DNA of 64,000 bases from Tubulanus polymorphus (Eukaryota > Animalia > Nemertea), in assembly GCF_964204645.1 (NCBI RefSeq), contig NC_134029.1, positions 5,394,001 to 5,458,000 of the forward strand, written 5' to 3'. The notes under the pieces were generated by a model. The model made no database searches. It was not told where the DNA came from and was given only the letters and a program-made list of their open reading frames with translations. Below are positions 1-13,105 of this stretch, piece by piece. How positions within the stretch are numbered: the first letter of the stretch is position 1; every line of letters starts with the position of its first letter. The position numbers were made by a program, and so were the translations under genes.

Positions 1-1244
1 AGGTCGGCCCTGTTAAATCCAAACACTCTTCGCCTGATGATAATCACTGCACACTAAGGCAAAAACTATAAATCCATTATCATTCGAGTTCCTACAATAA
101 AATCAGTGATGAGTATTGGTCACTTGAGAACAGTTGAATCCAATTAGTTAAAATAATGCAAATTGATTTTCAATTATTTGGGACAAGACTCGAAATGACA
201 GTTGCTCTAGTTGAAGTCGTGGTTGTACAAGAACACATTTTATGTGATGAAGGCTTCTCTAAAGTACAGACTGACCAGCAGTTGACACATGACAAATGAT
301 GAAATATGAAATTCTTTATTTAGCAACTTGCTTGATTTGCAAGATCAACAATGACATGACAATTGACATGACAATAAGGTGCTAATTTTAATTGCAGCCA
401 CCAAACAACGAATGAAGCCGAAACAAGTACGATGAAGTGACTTGTGATATTTCATTCATTCAATCAGGCGAAATGATGAGTCAAAAGCCACAATTACTCA
501 AATAATCAGGGCTATTTCATAATCCTTGCATCAAGCAACTGAAATTCTTATCACAATCAACATCAAAGCAGGGCTACGATTTCCGAAAATTTCTAAAACA
601 AAGGTCCGAATCACCTGAACACATTTTTATTAATTGAATTAATTAACTGGTCCTTTCAGTTTCAATTCTTTTCTTTTTTCGTTAATTTTTTGAGTGGCAA
701 GGGCCATATTTCCACGTTGTGTCCTTGCGTTACACAACAACATTGATTCTATTCGATTTGAGGAATTCTGATCGTATTCTGAAAAGCACTCACCCATTTT
801 CACGCACCAATGATAAACCAAAACTGTAAGTTCCACTACTATCAATCATCGATACATCGTTGGCCGTGGATCACTGATCACTGAATCGCGTCCTGAAAGT
901 TGTAGACAGTTACAAACTGCGTCATCCTCCCGCTGTCAGTCTATTCTAACACCAAGATTTAGCGGGGAAGGAGTTCCATTATCAGAATGCTACTACAGTG
1001 ACACCGCCTCTGGTAGGTGAATAAAAGTTACAGCCTCTGGCAATTGAGTGCAATTAAATCAATTTATTACATCGGAATAGTGCAATTTGTCGGAAAATAT
1101 TAAATGGTGTGCGCCTAATAACAGTATGAACATTATCAAAATTTTCAACTCATTGAGAGGATACCCCAACTCTGTATTCTATTGACAACCATCTCAAGGC
1201 AAGCGAGGTAAGCTAATCCGATAGATGTCGCCAAAATCTTCAAA

Positions 1245-2795
1245 ATGGTTGGTATTGCTATCATTAGTTTGCAATTTTTGTAAAAAATATTAACATTCGT
1301 AAGGCCCCTGGTGCATCAGCAGTAAATTAGTACTAGATAATGATTATTCTCGCTATTCCATACAATATGAGATATTTTCCATTGTCCTAAGAGAATAAAA
1401 AATGTAGAAAATTGCTCGAAAACGGTCATTCGGTGCCAATCTAACCAATGTCCAAGTCAAATTCAATTTTATTGCAATTATAGTTGCTGTGATATCTGGG
1501 TTTGGTTGGGTGAATATAGTATTTTTCCACAAAGTTTTAGACTTTTTAATCTCTTTCATAGATATGATTGGACAGATAATTGTCATTGACATGCTGCTGC
1601 CCGGAGCCGGATGGGGGATGCGATAGATCTAGAGAGGGCCATGGCGGCAGGGGTACTAAATAAGTCAAGAATTCTTGTTATTTTACAGGATCCAAGTATG
1701 ACAGGAGATGTGTGCTCTACAGTACCAGCCAGACAAGGGCCATTCGGTATCAATGAAGCCATGTGGAATGGGTAAGTTAGATTTCTATTGAATTCTAGCT
1801 GCCGAAAATGCACTTATTACACTTATTACTTTCGTTCGTCTGTGATACCTGGTCAACAATTCTTTTTCACTATTTTCCAGTCCACACAATGTAGAATCAG
1901 ATCTTACGTGTGTACATCCATTACAAGCATCCGAACAACAGGTCAGTTGGGATTATTCCATAAGTCTGTCTAGATTGTGGTTAGAATTTGAAATTAAGAT
2001 TTCCAGTCTAACTGGGCTTTTCCAATCTTACAGTTTTATTCTAACGAAGAAAGACAAGATTTACTGATGTTGAGGAACACGCAAGGAATTCACGCTCCAC
2101 TGAAACTGCAGATGGAAAGAAATGTAGCAAAACAGGTGAGTGTCTAGCACTACTAGATTTGTTCATAGGTTAGATTGATATTTAAGAAAAATTCTGAAAA
2201 TTTTATTTTCAAAAATTGTGAAGAAATGTGAAAAATTCAAGCAAAGTATCTGTTTTCATATTTAGATTTCTGTGCTTTGTACAATTCCCAGAATTTATAT
2301 ACAAGCTGCGAGGGTTTTATTGTAATACGTCCAAATTGTTATCGGTAACCGCTTATCTTGCTGTACCTTGACATTGAAAATCTGGAAATAATATGTATAA
2401 AATCCTTAAATTATTTTGTGAAAGTTTTTTAAGGATATAAAAAGTGTGAAGTTCCTCAATCTAACCCTGTTATTGTAGCATTCACTACTCAGTGTTTTAA
2501 AGAAATATCATTTGTAATTTCGATTTTAGATTGGAAGACTGCCGTGTTTTAAAAGTTCTAATTTAATGAACGACATTCTGACCGGTAAAATCTACTCTAT
2601 TGACTTTGATGACGTTCTCAATAGTAAGTTCAAACCAATTCCTAAATATTTCAATTTTTAATTCAAATTTTTCTATGAGGAGTAGTCTGATATAACGACC
2701 ATTATATAACAAAAATTTTATTTTCAGCCGAGCCTGAGAGCGTTGGTAATCCTCATGTTTTGGTCGAAAAGAAATTCGGATTCTTCAGCAGTTGA
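1245..2795 (+). CDS. POMP: Proteasome maturation protein (POMP/Ump1), 6 exons
   Basis: Exons joined at GT-AG sites: 1245-1247 (ATG only, least certain), 1689-1771, 1881-1941, 2034-2135, 2530-2623, 2728-2795. They give ...GPFGINEAMWNG-PHNVESDLTCVHPLQASEQQ-FYSNEERQDLLMLRNTQGIHAPLKLQMERNVAKQ-IGRLPCFKSSNLMNDILTG...DFDDVLN-TEPESVGNPHVLVEKKFG. The HPL, LRNxQG-APLKLQME and RLP-SSNL motifs are those of POMP. Confidence 0.92.
2164..2469. mobile_element. Putative MITE in a POMP intron
   Basis: Imperfect terminal inverted repeats cataggttagattga ... tcaatctaaccctg around an AT-rich non-coding interior. Confidence 0.4.
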
Positions 2796-3354
2796 ATGAA
2801 ATGTTTAAACTCTTGATGTGTGCGCAGTCACTTCAAATGATTTGTAAAATGTATTGTATCTCATTAAAATCACATTTATCGGTAATAATTGAAATCACAA
2901 GTTGCTTAATTGCTGTTTTTTTTGTGAAGATAAGAGAGAAGGCAAAAATACTGAGTTTTGATGAGATTATCAATGATTTTATTTTGTATCACTAATATCT
3001 TAAATTCATATTACATAGTTAAGTCATTTATTTACATGATTGAAAGTGATTGTTACTGACTATGGGTTTTCATATGATAAAAAGAAAGTCTAATGCAATG
3101 AAAACCCACTTAATCAGGATCATTTTGGTTAATGTGAATGCCGGATCAAGTAGGTTTGAGAAAATTCAATGGTTTCAGAGGAGAACTGGCATAAATTACA
3201 TCCTATGTGCAACTTAACAGACATCTGATGATGAAGGGCAATTAGTGTAGATAGTTACAAAAACAAATTGTCAGCACATACAAAACAACAGTATTTATCA
3301 CAGACATTATGATTAGTAAATACTAAGACAAAAGCTTAGAAATTCATCAGAAAA

Positions 3355-3622
3355 TTGACGAGAGGGATCCCCTAATAATTCAGTCAAAAATTCTTGAATA
3401 AAAGAGTATATATTTTGAACAAAGTTTCCTCTATTAGCCATCATCAGGCGTACTGAGAAACAAAATGAAATTACAGAATATTTATACTTTCAATTTGTTT
3501 CTCAGTATGCCTGATAGTGTAGTAGATAGTGTTTAGCCGAAACGTTGCTCAAAATATATACTCATCTATTCATATATATAAGAATTTTTCATCTTTGAAT
3601 TATTGTGTGATTTCTCTCATCC
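3355..3622. repeat. Long imperfect inverted repeat with degenerate hammerhead-like cores
   Basis: gagtatatattttgaac...tcatcaggcgtactgagaaacaaaatgaaa (about 3404-3470) mirrors tttcaatttgtttctcagtatgcctgata...gccgaaacgttgctcaaaatatatactc (about 3488-3563). Confidence 0.65.
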
Positions 3623-3713
3623 ATCTTACACGAATAGTGTGTATCTTCTTGACTCAATTTGATCCTTGACGCTTCTACATTCATGATATAATTAAGGCTT
3701 AATTTTTAACTGT

Positions 3714-5253
3714 CTAGCACAAACAAGGTAATTTGTGGTGAGCTATAGTTGGTGGCCAGTCCGGATGAATTACAAAATCTCCTCTCGATGGAATTGGTTT
3801 ATAAACAGATCGACGCATTTTCGAGACATCGCTGTATTTTCGAGCACCTATCGTGTTGTTGTTGGCTGGATTTGGATTGTATTCGATGCGCGAATTATTC
3901 TGTAATCTGTCCCAAGCTTTTCGGTCTATAAAAAGATAAGTATATATTTGGAAATTTTAGTCCCTACAATTTGTTGTGGCAGGGTCTCGAAAAATCCTGA
4001 CTTACCAGTGTAGCCTGCTTGTTTAAGGTATCCTCGTAATGATGGAATAGGTGCAGCACTTCGTCTACGTTCGGTACTCTGATCAAGTTCTTTCAATTTC
4101 TCAATTATATCGCGTCGATCTAAAAATCCATTTAAGAAATTGAATATTGTCACTCCTAGGTTTAAATAGTTCCATATATTGGTATTCAGAGACTGCTGCA
4201 TTAGGTATATTTTAATTACCGTTATCATTTGACATTTTTATCCAGGCATCAGTTATTTGTGCATCTTTTGAATCCAATGCATCTAATCCCTGAAAAATGT
4301 TACAACATATTTTGGTAAAACATAAATGAAATGTTCTTTTTCTGCATAAACATAGCACGATAAAAGTCAGTAATAAATCCAGTTGATTAGTCCTTAGTTA
4401 GTAACCTAATCATTGGTGGTAAGCTTTTATTTTTATAATCAGATTGGCTTATACCAACGTATGATTTGTGAAAATATCCGATTGGAAGAAACTAAAGTCT
4501 GGTTACTGAGTAAATCCCTTGTCTCCAGTACATTCTTTACTCTCGCACTCTGTTGAAGTCTCCTGCTAATTAACTTGATCATTTTGACATACCTCTGTTC
4601 TCTTGTACTGCATGACTGTCGCTGTATTTGGACGACTTTCATATTTGGCTCGTAAGCTTTGTCGGTAAGCGTTCTCAATAGGAGCCATAGCACTTCCATC
4701 AACTGTAGCGGAAAAACATCACCAGTCAATACACAGTAAAAACAATAAATAGTTCATAATCATGTAGAATACTAGATACATTTCCCTACCTTTATAAACT
4801 CTTTTGCCAAGAGTTGTATCAGCATTTTGAAAACCTTCGATATAATGAAGTCTGTTTGTGAGAAATACACTGAAAATGAAAATAAGCATTTCCATCGATG
4901 AAACGAATAATAATCGCTACTGTTTGAAAGCGTTGAAGCGGCTGTATAACTACTTACAGAGGTGGATGTGGTTTATTTTTTCTACTTGGAGAAGTTGGTC
5001 TTGTATTTGCCTGCACGTGATTCTTGAGGTAAGCTTCGTTGTGAAAGTCGTTGTAAGTAGTCGCTGAAGTTGAAGGACGAGACCACGTTTCGCGAGCCTG
5101 TCTTCGTATCTCGTCCAAAACGTTGCCATCCAAAGGCTTCATCAGGTTGTTCAATTCCGCATCTGCCTTCGAACCGAACGGGATCGCTGATTTGGAGCGT
5201 CTCAGTCGACTGACTGGATCTTTATATCCTGGGTTTAAATGTCCAGTTGCCAT
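3714..5253 (-). CDS. Uncharacterised multi-exon protein (possibly ciliary or testis-type)
   Basis: The first exon MATGHLNPGY...RPTSPSRKNKPHPP ends at a gtaagt donor (about 4957). Further exons at about 4870-4790, 4706-4593, 4290-4220, 4119-4007 and 3925-3714 read open and end ...YKPIPSRGDFVIHPDWPPTIAHHKLPCLC*. A possible extra small exon near 4560-4500 is unresolved. No family confidently recognised. Confidence 0.75.
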
Positions 5254-5967
5254 TCTTCAGTGTGTGTCAGTGTATGCGATATTGATATATAGTATGGAGC
5301 CTTAGACTGAGAAATCTGATCAGCTCTCACCACTGCTGTATAAACAAATGAATGACTATTTGGCATAGGCCCTATTTATTGGCTATACTACTTAACCGGG
5401 CATTAGACAGTCTGAAAGACGAAATGAATGAGTGCCGCCAGGCAGTGGAGGGAGGTAGTCAGACCTTATATAATGATTCATTCAGTGATTGATTACTGGC
5501 CGAGTCAAAGCATAAAATCCGCTTGGCAATATGCAAACTCACACTGTACTCTTTACTCTAATGAGGAATTGATTGCTTTTCTGCCATTCTTACGCCATGT
5601 TTAGCATTTTATCAACATCAATCGTGCAGTATTGAGATTGATCGAGGATTGTTTACAAGCACCTGGCAACAATTAATTGGACCCGGAAGTAAAACTGCTG
5701 ACTTAACGACGTGCCTCAGAAGTCTTTTGCGCGCGCGTACCTTTTCTGTCATGAGGTTCGATCCCGTATATTATTTCCACAAAAATGCGCGAGTTTTTCA
5801 AACATCAAAACCGGGTCGAGAAAGCGTGGTAGTTTACGAAGTATTACATGATTAATACATTCTAACTGTTAAAAGTGTAACATTGTAACTCCTATCGAAT
5901 TTGAGTGTGCTCTGATTACTTTGATTATGGACTCTCGTTTTAGAGTCCATCGATTGATGCTTTTATG

Positions 5968-6053
5968 GATGAATGAATGAATGAATGAATGAATGAATGA
6001 ATGAATGAATGAATGAATGAATGAATGAATGAATGAATGAATCAATCAATCAA
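5968..6053. repeat. (GAAT)n microsatellite grading into (CAAT)n
   Basis: Read directly from the sequence. Confidence 0.95.
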
Positions 6054-8209
6054 TTAATTCGTATATGAGAAAAAACATATATACAATCGGCATATTGTAC
6101 AACAACTAAGCAAAAAATAAAACCAAAAACACAATACAGACACAATATCAAATCTCAGGACGAAACAGATAATTCAGAGCCAACGCAAATAAACTCAGTA
6201 TATTAAGATATGTTCGTTGGCGTTTAAATATGTTATTTTCCAACCGTCCAATTTCCACAACTGGATTACGTTGAATACTCTCCTCCCCTCAGCGACAATA
6301 ATAAATTCGTGGCGGCGTCACTGCTTAGCGGCAGAGATTTTGTGTAATCATGAAAATTTATCCAACAAATTTAAACTTACGGATTAATTCTTTGATTAAA
6401 TTGGTCACCATTTTGATTAGAGTGATTATTAACCGTTAAAAAGGCTGAATAGTTTCCAAGACCAAGAATCGCCCTATTTCTCGATCTTTATTTTCTTAAG
6501 TAAAGTTAAATAAAATCGTTCCAAGAATTTCAACCTGGATTTTCAGTGGTATTAACTCATTATCTAAAGAGATTCAACTGGAATCCTTGAGGATGACATT
6601 TCTCAGATAAACCTGGTTCTTGGCCTCCCTTTAATATACCGGTACGAATTGTTTCTTGAGCACGATGAAAAATTATGAATTAACCATCAGACACAACCTG
6701 CGCGCGTGAACCCTAAATTTTGCTCATATTCAGATCGTATAGTGTAGTTTTGTAAAGGTTTCCTGTCTTCTCTCGAGAATGCAGACAATTTAATGAAAAC
6801 AAAAATGAAAACTGCATCTGTAACGCCCACTGAGAGAGCGTTCAGTTTACAGTAAATCCACGACTAACATTATATAAATCGTTTCCAAAAGACCCGGATG
6901 ACGTGGTGCTTTAATCCAGGCATTTTCCCTTTTTGAATTTTTTTGTAGTCAGATGAGATGCTCATCATCATTTATCTTGTTTCGCCTTACACTCATCATT
7001 AAACACTCATTAAATTGTCGACTGTATAAGATGCTGCCTACTGCATAAATCAATAGTGGAAAACTGGGTCGGGGTCAGGGGAACGTGTTCGCTGGGGTCA
7101 AAATCGATAAAAAAATGCACTTATGGCGAGGGTCTGAAATAAACCAATTCGGTTTAATTTCTATCACCGTATTCTCTGAAATATCCGAAGTCTTTTCTGA
7201 GAGATAAAATATTGATGCATCAACCAAATCCCGGGGGGGGGGGGGGTCAGGGGACGTTCCCGGCGGTCAAAATCGATTAAATTTTCACGCATTCAAATTC
7301 AAGCTGCGCCAAGTTCAATTTCCATCGATCGTAATATATTCCGACTAAGTATGAGTAACACCTATTATTTAACACATAGGAGAGGCGAAATCCGGTTAGG
7401 CGAGTCTGGATTTGAACTCCCTGACAAAGACATTTTAAACCCCGCAGATGCTTTGACCGGAAAGTCGCCATCTTTCTGTGAAGAGAGTTGTTTTTGGAGC
7501 ATAGTTTTCTTTTCGGGATTATCTACACGATTAACTAGCGATGCTTCATTTCTAACTGGTTTTCAGCGCATATAACGGGTAATTATAGACTCTAATTAAT
7601 GATGCCGAATTAATTGTTAAGCAGTGAACACTGATATATGTAAACGAGATACTGGAAAGTTTGTATTGTTACTGTGGACTGTGTTTAGCGGCGGCCGGCA
7701 CTGTTTTTAGTACCTGATCGCACCGGTGTTCTAGAATTCCATTCAAATAGTAGTTTAAATAGGTAGATCTCCGAATTGATGACAAATTTTTCTTTTTATT
7801 TATATCAGGAATTTTGATTGATTTGTGTGGTCATCAGTGTAGCATCTTGATGATGTTGTCAGTGTAAGGGGAGCTACAGTCAGAGGGAGGAAAAATTTTC
7901 GACTGGGACAGGTGTATCATCTTGTACTTACAAATAGTTTTGTTTTTGGATCTCAAAATATGTTCTAATCACCACACTACACTACCTTCTAACTACCATC
8001 ACTACTGAACAGTTTTGATATATTTGGAAATTGACTTAAAATCCCTCGGCCCGGCATTGGCATTTGACGATATGATTCCTCTTCAAATAAGTTTTTGACT
8101 TTCAATTTTCTAGTGATATACGAGTGATATCCACAATTTTTTTTCTTTCCTTAGATTTTGGTTGCGGTTTCGTAAATGCGGATGATTCGAGGTTGAACAA
8201 GTTTCGAAC

Positions 8210-9667
8210 ATGAGTAGTCGTGGACAAGTTCGAACGATGGACTTCCGTCAACGCGAAGAGTACGGCGACCCTCGCGCCGCGCTCGACTTCTCCGTGAAAA
8301 AGGCGAAAAAAGATCACGAAAAAGAAAACAACGGCAATTTGGCCGACGCGCCGATGGATCTGAGCAAGAAGCCGACATCGCCCCCGGATGTGATCATGCT
8401 ATCGGATTCCGACGACGAATGTTTGGTCAAAGCGGCGAACGGATTCGCCGATCTTAAAAACGGCGATTTGAATCACGTCGACAAGAACAAAATCATCAAA
8501 AGACTGCAAGAAGAATTACGCAACGAAGAGGCGAAATTAGTCCTGTTGAAAAAACTGCGACAAAGCCAGCGTTCCCATCAGGTGATTGAATCGAACGATA
8601 ATAATATGAGTAATAATAAAGCTCATCAGAGTCGTTCGAACGTACCGCCGCCTCCGCTGATGAGAAATGCTCATAGCGGTATGGTGAGTAACAGTAAGCA
8701 TCAGATCCGCGGTTCACCTAGCCAGCCGTCGGTACGGGCATCGCCGCAGCACGGTCCACCGCCGCTGATGTCGTCGAGAGATCGCATGTCGTCGCAGGCT
8801 TCGCAGAATATTCGTAATTCCCAGCAAAACAATCAGAGCTTGTTAGCGGCGGCCGGTTACCGTATACCGGGCCAGTCGAATTCGCACAGTCAACAGAGCA
8901 ATCAGGTCAGTCAGGCCGTCATCGATAATCAAACGCCCGGACAGCGTCAGGCGGCTGCGAAATTAGCGCTGCGTAAACAACTCGAAAAAACGTTGCTTCA
9001 AATTCCGCCGCCGAAGCCGCCGCCACCGGAGATGAATTTCATTCCTAGTCTCGCGAGTAACGAGTTCATCATGCTCGTCGGGCTCGAGGAGGTCGTCAAA
9101 ACGATCACGGACTTGGATAGCAATTTACGCGGCATCAAGCCGACCGACGTCAAATACGTGTTCAATCCGTTTACGTGTGTTCAGTGTAATACCGACTTCA
9201 CGCCGGTGTGGAAGCGCGACAAGCCCGGCTCAAAGAACGTTATCTGCGAGGACTGCGTGACGAATAATCAAAAGAAAGCGCTGAAACAAGAGCACACGAA
9301 CCGTCTGAAGAGCGCGTTCGTCAAGGCGTTGCAACAGGAACAGGAAATCGAACAGCGTCTACAAGCTCAGCCGGTTACGACGGTAACGACGGCGGCGCCA
9401 CAGGTGTCCAATCCGACGGTGAATATTCCCGGCTCGTACAAGCCGTCGCAAGCTCAGCTTACGCATCAAAATCTACTGCAGGCGCATCAGGCGACGTTGC
9501 AGAGCGCTCAACATCTCGCCGGGTTGCCGGCGGCGGCGTTCGCCAACTCGCGTCTGTCGTTTCCGTATCCGTACGGCGCGAAAGCGTCGGATCTGCAGCG
9601 ACAGTATTTGTTAGATATGATTCCATCGGCTCGGTCTATGCACCCGCAAATGCAGTGGAAAAGTTAA
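8210..9667 (+). CDS. GATAD2: Transcriptional repressor p66 (GATAD2A/B orthologue, NuRD subunit), intronless CDS
   Basis: CR1 coiled coil IKRLQEELRNEEAKLVLLKKLRQSQ; CR2 QAAAKLALRKQLEKTLLQIPPPKPPPPEMNFIPS; GATA-type finger CVQCNTDFTPVWK...ICEDC followed by NQKKALKQEHTNRLKSAFVKALQQEQEIEQRL; C-terminal RQYLLDMIP; N-terminal PMDLS CtBP-type motif. A splice acceptor at about 8154 indicates a 5'UTR intron. Confidence 0.96.
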   Translation: MSSRGQVRTMDFRQREEYGDPRAALDFSVKKAKKDHEKENNGNLADAPMDLSKKPTSPPDVIMLSDSDDECLVKAANGFADLKNGDLNHVDKNKIIKRLQEELRNEEAKLVLLKKLRQSQRSHQVIESNDNNMSNNKAHQSRSNVPPPPLMRNAHSGMVSNSKHQIRGSPSQPSVRASPQHGPPPLMSSRDRMSSQASQNIRNSQQNNQSLLAAAGYRIPGQSNSHSQQSNQVSQAVIDNQTPGQRQAAAKLALRKQLEKTLLQIPPPKPPPPEMNFIPSLASNEFIMLVGLEEVVKTITDLDSNLRGIKPTDVKYVFNPFTCVQCNTDFTPVWKRDKPGSKNVICEDCVTNNQKKALKQEHTNRLKSAFVKALQQEQEIEQRLQAQPVTTVTTAAPQVSNPTVNIPGSYKPSQAQLTHQNLLQAHQATLQSAQHLAGLPAAAFANSRLSFPYPYGAKASDLQRQYLLDMIPSARSMHPQMQWKS

Positions 9668-10392
9668 TTATCGATTTGAAACCGAACGATCGCTTTTAAT
9701 CTGTCGTACGACGCTACGAAGACGTCGGTTGAAAAAAAAAAAGACGTGTTGTATAGAATCGCTTAAATTTCGTATATCGTCGGTCGAGCTTTTTATATGA
9801 GATCATGACAAATTTTCGTCGTATTCCGCAGCAAAGTGCGACGTTTATTTGAAAAAAATGCACTGCGTCATGTCGCTTTTCAATCGTGAAATATTTGGGG
9901 AAAAAATGTGGTATAGTCGTAATAGTTGTGAGGAATCGATGGTTGTTTTCGTTTTTTGACACTGACTATCGAGAGCTACGCGGTTTTTAATTGAATCATG
10001 AATTCGAGACTTGCACTGATACCAATGACAGCACTGCCGGGCTGAAATAAACGGTTCCGAATTGACACTTCGCGGAATGGTTGTAGATTTATAAACTGCA
10101 TTAGTGAGAATATAATCATTGTCCACGATTTCTATATTACACAGGGTTTTACGTATACCCACTGATATTCAATGATGAAATGGGAATGTGAAATGTTTCC
10201 TTCGATGCCTGATGAATTAGACTTTCTTGTACAAGGTCATTAGGCGGCGACTGAACAATCCTGAAACTACTGTGGCCTTTTATATATTTATTTCTTGTAC
10301 AGTGTTTAACTTTTTGTTCTTTTTTATATATATATATATAAATATATATAAAACGAAATATGTTTGAATCATTGTACATTATATTATTATGA

Positions 10393-10423
<31 letters not shown>

Positions 10424-10796
10424 AGTGAATATAGATATCAGTGTGTTTCGCCTTTTGTGAGATACCTAGCAGATTTTAATACTGAGGTCATGAATTAGTT
10501 TTTTCGTTGAATCGTTTGAAGATATATTTGTGTATTTAGAGCAATTGATCGTATGGCAAAATGATATAATGGCTATTTGTCTGGCCGCCAAGTTGCTGAA
10601 GTATCTAAGGTCAAATTCCAAGGCCTTAATCGAAAACGCTACGCTAAAAGAACTCATGATTTAGATTCTGATGTGCAGGGTATGGAATATATTGAGGTTA
10701 TCAAAAAGAGTTTCAATAAATGGAGTTAAAATTCTTGTGGAGAGATTATATCTTACTGAGGTATATACAGTAAAACTTTCATACGTTGGAAAATTC

Positions 10797-10926
10797 TGGG
10801 CCAGTTGCCCAAAAGTTTGTTAGAGTTAACCACTGGATAGTTGACATAGTGACAATTAAGAAGTTCATTGTTACTGATGGTATTTATCCGCCAGTTATCC
10901 TTAGCCAACCAGTCGAACAACTAGCC
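10797..10926. mobile_element. Short degenerate MITE (GGGCCAGTT-type ends)
   Basis: ggggccagttg ... caactagcc inverted ends, the same end type as the elements at 31959 and 60711. Confidence 0.4.
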
Positions 10927-11934
10927 TTTGGAGTGGACCAAGCAATTCCTTCGAACTTCATGTTCCGATTTTCCGACATTATCCCGGCTTTTGTACGTTT
11001 TACTGTATGATATAGTTTTAACCAAAGCTGAAGATGTGAAGAATATCCCATTGACAATATTGATTGAAAATAGAGAGTTCTTCTGATCTCTTTAGCCAAT
11101 TTACAGGATTTTGACATGTGTCAAATGACTTGGATAATACACTGGGTTCATTGAGGCACAGTAGTTTTTTGTTTGCGCTGAACTGAAACACAAAGTAGTG
11201 GTATCGATTAATTTGCATACTTTTAGAATTGATAACGATTCCTATTCTACCTCAGTAATTCTTAGAATTGTGTGGAATAGCGTGTCTCGAGGAGCACACA
11301 TAGGTCTTCAGATTTATGTAATATTAGTATGAGCCATATTGAATTAGTGCGGGGCGACTTGTAGCAGTACTTGCCGACACAGTTCTATGTTGAGATTCAA
11401 TTCTTATGGATTTAATTACTTGAAATGAACTTAGCGAGCCTAATTTAACTGGCTACTGTAGAACTGGGTCTCAAGTGAATTAATTCCATGTATTTTTCAA
11501 TAAACCGAATTTAAGACTGTTGGCTAGAGGGGAGGTGAGGTAGCTCTTAACAAATCTCTGGTTATCAACTGATCGATGTCTCAGGTTTAGGTTGAAACCC
11601 CTGGGACACCATTGAACTTGTAATAATTGTGTAGATATAGAGGTGAAGTACAGCGATAATTGGTGATTATTTTCTATATTGATAAGAAACTGGTTAGTGT
11701 TGTTATTTGCGGTAATAAATCTATTTATTAGACATGAAAATTGCGATTTGAGTTTTTCGTCGAGTCAGCTTATTTATAGAATGTTTCGACTATGGCTGAG
11801 AGGACCTTGATTCAAATACATACTGGCGCATCTTCCATTGACTGCTGCTTAATCCTTTAGAGGACTACCTCAACCCGCGATCCTCCGAACATAATACTCT
11901 CTCATCACTCGTACCACATTGCCCGTCGACCAGT

Positions 11935-12013
11935 CAAATGCTAATTTCATCCCATTGGGTGCCATGCAGCCATCAAATGCTAATTTCATCCCATTGGGTG
12001 CCATGCAGCCATC
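11935..12013. repeat. Perfect about 39-bp tandem duplication
   Basis: caaatgctaatttcatcccattgggtgccatgcagccat occurs twice head-to-tail. Confidence 0.9.
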
Positions 12014-13105
12014 GACTAACTTTGCGAGATAGTACAAGTCCTATTACAGTAAAAGCTCCCTTAGTGACTGAACCAAACAAAATTTTCTATTTCTTTTTCA
12101 ATTTATCAAAACCCTCTTCACAGCGAATGTTTAGCATGGAACTATAAGTGTAAATGTATCCGATAACAAGGTTCACATCCATGGGCCGAAACTTATTTTA
12201 TCAAAACTGATGGATATCAACAAATGTGCGGCATTCATTCCTGATCCTATTATTCAACAAACATCCGAAATAAGACTAAGTTATTTTTCAACATTGATAG
12301 TGTTTTATTTTTGCTGTAATGTAATAAAAATTTATACAATAAATAAATGCATTTTATCAAAGTTAAATAAATCGACGAATCTACGCAATGACTGAAAAAC
12401 ATTTAGTTCCACTTCAGACAAATTTCACAGGCTTCATGTTCGTTCTACGCGTATTTATATGTGTCTGAAGAGCATATATTATTAACATTCAAGTAAAATT
12501 GAAGCACATCACTCATGTATGTATGGTGCATGTATATTGCATCACCTAATAATATAACAGACAGATGTCTGTTGCCATGGGGACATCTCGATTCTTCAAT
12601 ATTTAACTGCGCTTTAACTGGAAAACAAAGCATTGCTTCTGACAACTGACTAGACCATCAAAATCATCTATAATTTAAATGAAAAAGGGATGGTTCATGA
12701 GCATTTTGGTTACAAATCAATAAATATTTTTTATCTACGTCGATGAAAGCAATGTCTGTTAGTACCAAAGATCGTTTTTAAAAGCAAAATATTGGGAGTT
12801 AAAACGACAAGATTAACCGCGATATATCTACGAAACTAAAGCCGAATTAGTTATTTCATGATCGTTAAAATGTTGCAAATGACGACGATATAAATAAGCA
12901 ATGACGATCTACATAACATCCATGATTTCTGAGGTGAAAATAGCGAGGAAGTGTCCTCACCATCCGGAGCCCTTCGCTGACACAAATACAGCAAAGCGTA
13001 ACATAAAGTCCTCCAAATATGGATAGCTTAGTTTTTAAAGTCTTTTTTCATACTGAAAATCATTTTGATTTTGAAGAAGGAATGCAAGTACGCCATTTCG
13101 CGCGC

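Noticed and set aside
1-850. Possible 5' end of a minus-strand gene (ATGG|gtgagt at about 793, acceptor at about 92)
   Set aside because: All three frames of the candidate exon contain stops. It may be UTR of a gene outside the window, but I cannot support that.
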